Of a stretch of 64,000 nucleotides of DNA, positions 61,413-64,000 are shown piece by piece (the first letter of the stretch is position 1; every line of letters begins with the position of its first letter). The stretch is taken from the NCBI GenBank assembly GCA_963804995.1, contig CAWDSK010000006.1, positions 512,001 through 576,000 of the forward strand. Direction: 5' to 3'. The position numbers were made by a program, and so were the translations under genes. This DNA comes from an uncultured Acidobacteriota bacterium (GTDB lineage Bacteria > Acidobacteriota > Terriglobia > UBA7540). Below the pieces are notes generated by a model. It was not told the DNA's origin, did not search any database, and was given only the letters and a program-made list of their open reading frames with translations.

Positions 61413-61545
61413 ACCCCCTCACCCCCCAGCCCCTCTCCCCCAAAGGGGCGAGGGGAGAGCTAATTCTCTTGCCCTCGCCCCTTTGGGGGAGAGGGTGGCT
61501 GGCCGAGGCGTTCTCATCAGCCGAGGCCAGACGGGTGAGAGGGTT
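61413..61545. repeat. REPIN family C
   Basis: Homolog of 40969-41105. Confidence 0.8.
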
Positions 61546-61623
61546 CTACCCCTTGCCTTCGCGCAGCTTGGACTGGTGGATTAAGAGATTCGTGCGATGT
61601 GGCTCACGATTCGGATCGGGGAG

Positions 61624-63627
61624 TCAAGGCTGCCCCCCGAGAGATTCCAACTTTTTGAGGTTGGCAAGAGCGTCGGCATTGGAAGGATCAAGTTTCAGCC
61701 CCGCGTGGTATTCGCGGATAGCGTCGGCGTTACGGCCGGAGTCCATGTAAAGAAGTCCCAGCATGAAATGCGTCCGGCTATCGAAGGGACTGATCGCCTC
61801 AGCATCCAGAAAAGCGCGCTCCGCGCCGCTGCGGTTTCCCTGGAACCATTCCACCAATCCCAGGTCCCAGTCCCCCTGCCGGGTAGGCTCGATTTCTACG
61901 GAGCGGCGCGCTTCCGCCTCGGACTCACGCAGTCGCCGCCGATTCAAATAGAACTCACTCAAGGCGTTGTGCGCCCGCACGCTGAGAGGCGCAAGATTTT
62001 CGGCGGCGCGGAACTGGGTCTCCGCTTCCTGGAGCCTGCCCGTGGCCTCGTAAGTTTTCCCCAAGTCCAAATGGGCATCACTGTAATTCGGCCGGATCAT
62101 CAGGGCGCGAAAGAAGAAACCTTCCGCTTCCTCATAATGCTTCTCCTCGTTGGCTGCCAAGCCGAGATTGTGCAGAACGTATTCATTATCCGGGGCCAGT
62201 TCCAGCGCCGTGCGCCATTCCTTTACCGCCGCCGCTTTGTTTCCCTGCGCCCAGTATACGGTCCCCAGATTATTGTGGATGTAATAGGCGTCCGGTGAAA
62301 TGGCCAGGGTAGCGGTGTAAAAAGTGGGGTTATCCCGCCAGTCGCGATTTCGGATGAGGATGCGAAAGGCCCAAAGGGTGGCGATCAGGCCCGCCGCGAG
62401 GGGCAGCGCGACGCGCCATCGACTGCCCCGGGCAGAAAGCGCCTTCCAGCCTTGGACGCCCGCCCAGCCCACCATCCAGCAGAATCCCACTGAGGCAAGA
62501 TAGAGGTAGCGCTCCGCAAAGGGATTGCTGGTCATCCAACGAACATTCAATACCGGGGCGAGCGTCAGGAGCAGCCAAACTACGCCGAAAGAGGCTTGCC
62601 GGTTGAACTTCCAGAGGACCGCAAAAGCTGACGCGCAAATGATCAGAGCCGCAAGCCCACCGAGCGCCCAGGGATAGAGTCCGGCAAAGTCGGTGGGAAA
62701 GACGTAATAGGCGCAGAGTTCGGCCGGCCACACAAGTTTCCAACAGTAACGGCCAATCAGGTACAAGGCCGAAATTACCAAATCACCTATCCCCAACCCC
62801 GGCCTGCCAACGCTGGGTGCAAGTCCGCCCAGATATCGGACGCGGAGCACCAGATAAATTGGCGCGAGCAACCATAATGCGCCATAGCGCCGAAACTTCT
62901 GGACCCCGGTGGTCTGCGCGTGATCCTCACGGAAAAAGTGCTCGTAAAGCGTAGCGAGCAATGGAAGCGTGAGCGCTTGCTCCTTGGAAAGCACGGCGAG
63001 CACAAAGGACCCCACCATGGCGATCTGGAACGGGATCGAGCGCTTGCCTCCCGCACGCGCGGAGGCGAGGAAAAACCAAAAGGTCAGAAGATAGAAGAGC
63101 GCTAGCTCGAGTTCGGTGACCGCGGAGATCCAGTTTACCGCTTCGCTGTGAATGGGGTGGAGCGCAAAGATACCTGCCGCCAGGAGCGCCACTGCAGGGG
63201 AGCGAAACATTTTGAGCGTGACCAGGAAGACGAGGAGAACCACCCCCACGTTCGCCAAAAGATTGGCGAGGTGAAACCCCAGCGCACGGGGCCCGAAAAG
63301 CTGATAACAGAACAGATATCCCAGCGACATCATCGGGCGGTAATAATTGGAGGAGCCGCGGAAATCACCCATAAACGACCACACCGAGGAGGTGAAGATC
63401 TCCCGCAAGTGATGGAAGTTCCGAAGGTAGGGATTAACCAGGACCTGGTCGATGTTGTCATAGACAAAGCCGTTGCGTAAGGAGGTGAGATAAGGGAGCG
63501 CCGCAAGGCCAACGAGGATGAGGAAGTACGCCACGCCCTGCTTGTTCCGCAGGAGGGCCGGAGGCGCTGTGCCCGCCACCGAAGGCGAGGCGGGAGACGA
63601 AAGGTCAGGGGGGTGCTCTGGGATCAC
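61624..63627 (-). CDS. TMTC-like membrane glycosyltransferase with TPR repeats
   Basis: NGFVYD, YYRP, HPIHSEAVNWIS, SKEQA and AERYLY motifs; C-terminal TPRs. Confidence 0.88.
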   Translation of the reverse strand: MIPEHPPDLSSPASPSVAGTAPPALLRNKQGVAYFLILVGLAALPYLTSLRNGFVYDNIDQVLVNPYLRNFHHLREIFTSSVWSFMGDFRGSSNYYRPMMSLGYLFCYQLFGPRALGFHLANLLANVGVVLLVFLVTLKMFRSPAVALLAAGIFALHPIHSEAVNWISAVTELELALFYLLTFWFFLASARAGGKRSIPFQIAMVGSFVLAVLSKEQALTLPLLATLYEHFFREDHAQTTGVQKFRRYGALWLLAPIYLVLRVRYLGGLAPSVGRPGLGIGDLVISALYLIGRYCWKLVWPAELCAYYVFPTDFAGLYPWALGGLAALIICASAFAVLWKFNRQASFGVVWLLLTLAPVLNVRWMTSNPFAERYLYLASVGFCWMVGWAGVQGWKALSARGSRWRVALPLAAGLIATLWAFRILIRNRDWRDNPTFYTATLAISPDAYYIHNNLGTVYWAQGNKAAAVKEWRTALELAPDNEYVLHNLGLAANEEKHYEEAEGFFFRALMIRPNYSDAHLDLGKTYEATGRLQEAETQFRAAENLAPLSVRAHNALSEFYLNRRRLRESEAEARRSVEIEPTRQGDWDLGLVEWFQGNRSGAERAFLDAEAISPFDSRTHFMLGLLYMDSGRNADAIREYHAGLKLDPSNADALANLKKLESLGGQP

Positions 63628-63888
63628 TGTAAACTCGATGAGTACCGCCAGCGGGCTTGGATTTTCCGGACGGCTCGCCCTATCCGGCGCTTCATTTTGA
63701 TTATACCGACTGACATAGGTTCTTGCGAATTTCGTTGTAGCGGGTGGATTCTCGCTTGGAATTCAGAAGGGATTTCTCTTGATTTTCAACCTTCAACTCT
63801 CGCATCCCTAACTCTTCGGGTTGCGCAACCGGCGAGCGCGACACTATAATCTCAAACGGATATTTTTGGGGCGAGACCCTGTCAAGGA

Positions 63889-64000
63889 ATGAACCGTCAA
63901 CGGCGAAAACTGATCTACCTTCTGGGCTTCATGGGGAGCGGCAAGTCCACGGTGGGCCAACTGCTGGCAACAGCGCTGGGTTGGCCGTTCATTGATCTTG
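63889..64000 (+). CDS. aroK: Shikimate kinase (partial, runs off window)
   Basis: IYLLGFMGSGKSTVGQLLATALGWPFIDL. Confidence 0.88.
   Translation, partial: MNRQRRKLIYLLGFMGSGKSTVGQLLATALGWPFIDL

Overview
GC-rich bacterial chromosomal segment. Gene content and repeat style suggest Acidobacteriota/Terriglobia, which is an inference. It carries mostly metabolic, transport and signalling genes: ADH, MFS and APC transporters, GH27, a PQQ-type dehydrogenase with a cytochrome c, a CbiMQO/NikMQO ECF transporter, gltA, a Ser/Thr kinase, a sigma54 two-component cluster, an ECF sigma/anti-sigma pair and the start of aroK. The intergenic spaces are packed with many REP/REPIN-like palindromes and heptamer tandem repeats. 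The standout feature is a complete IS110-superfamily (IS1111-type) element at 29002-30715. It is inserted at a TG core inside a GTAG-type REP. Its ~600-nt 3' non-coding end shows readable target and donor guide loops of a bridge/seek RNA, plus an extra ~360-nt structured domain. The IS sits within an inverted REPIN pair that brackets foreign cargo, and the whole block lies between duplicated 3' ends of gltA. Other observations are probable internally deleted RAYT remnants, a mosaic of TA fragments, a ~104-bp repeat with a covarying hairpin, and recurrent 1-nt frameshifts that may be sequencing artefacts. No rRNA, tRNA or CRISPR array was seen.
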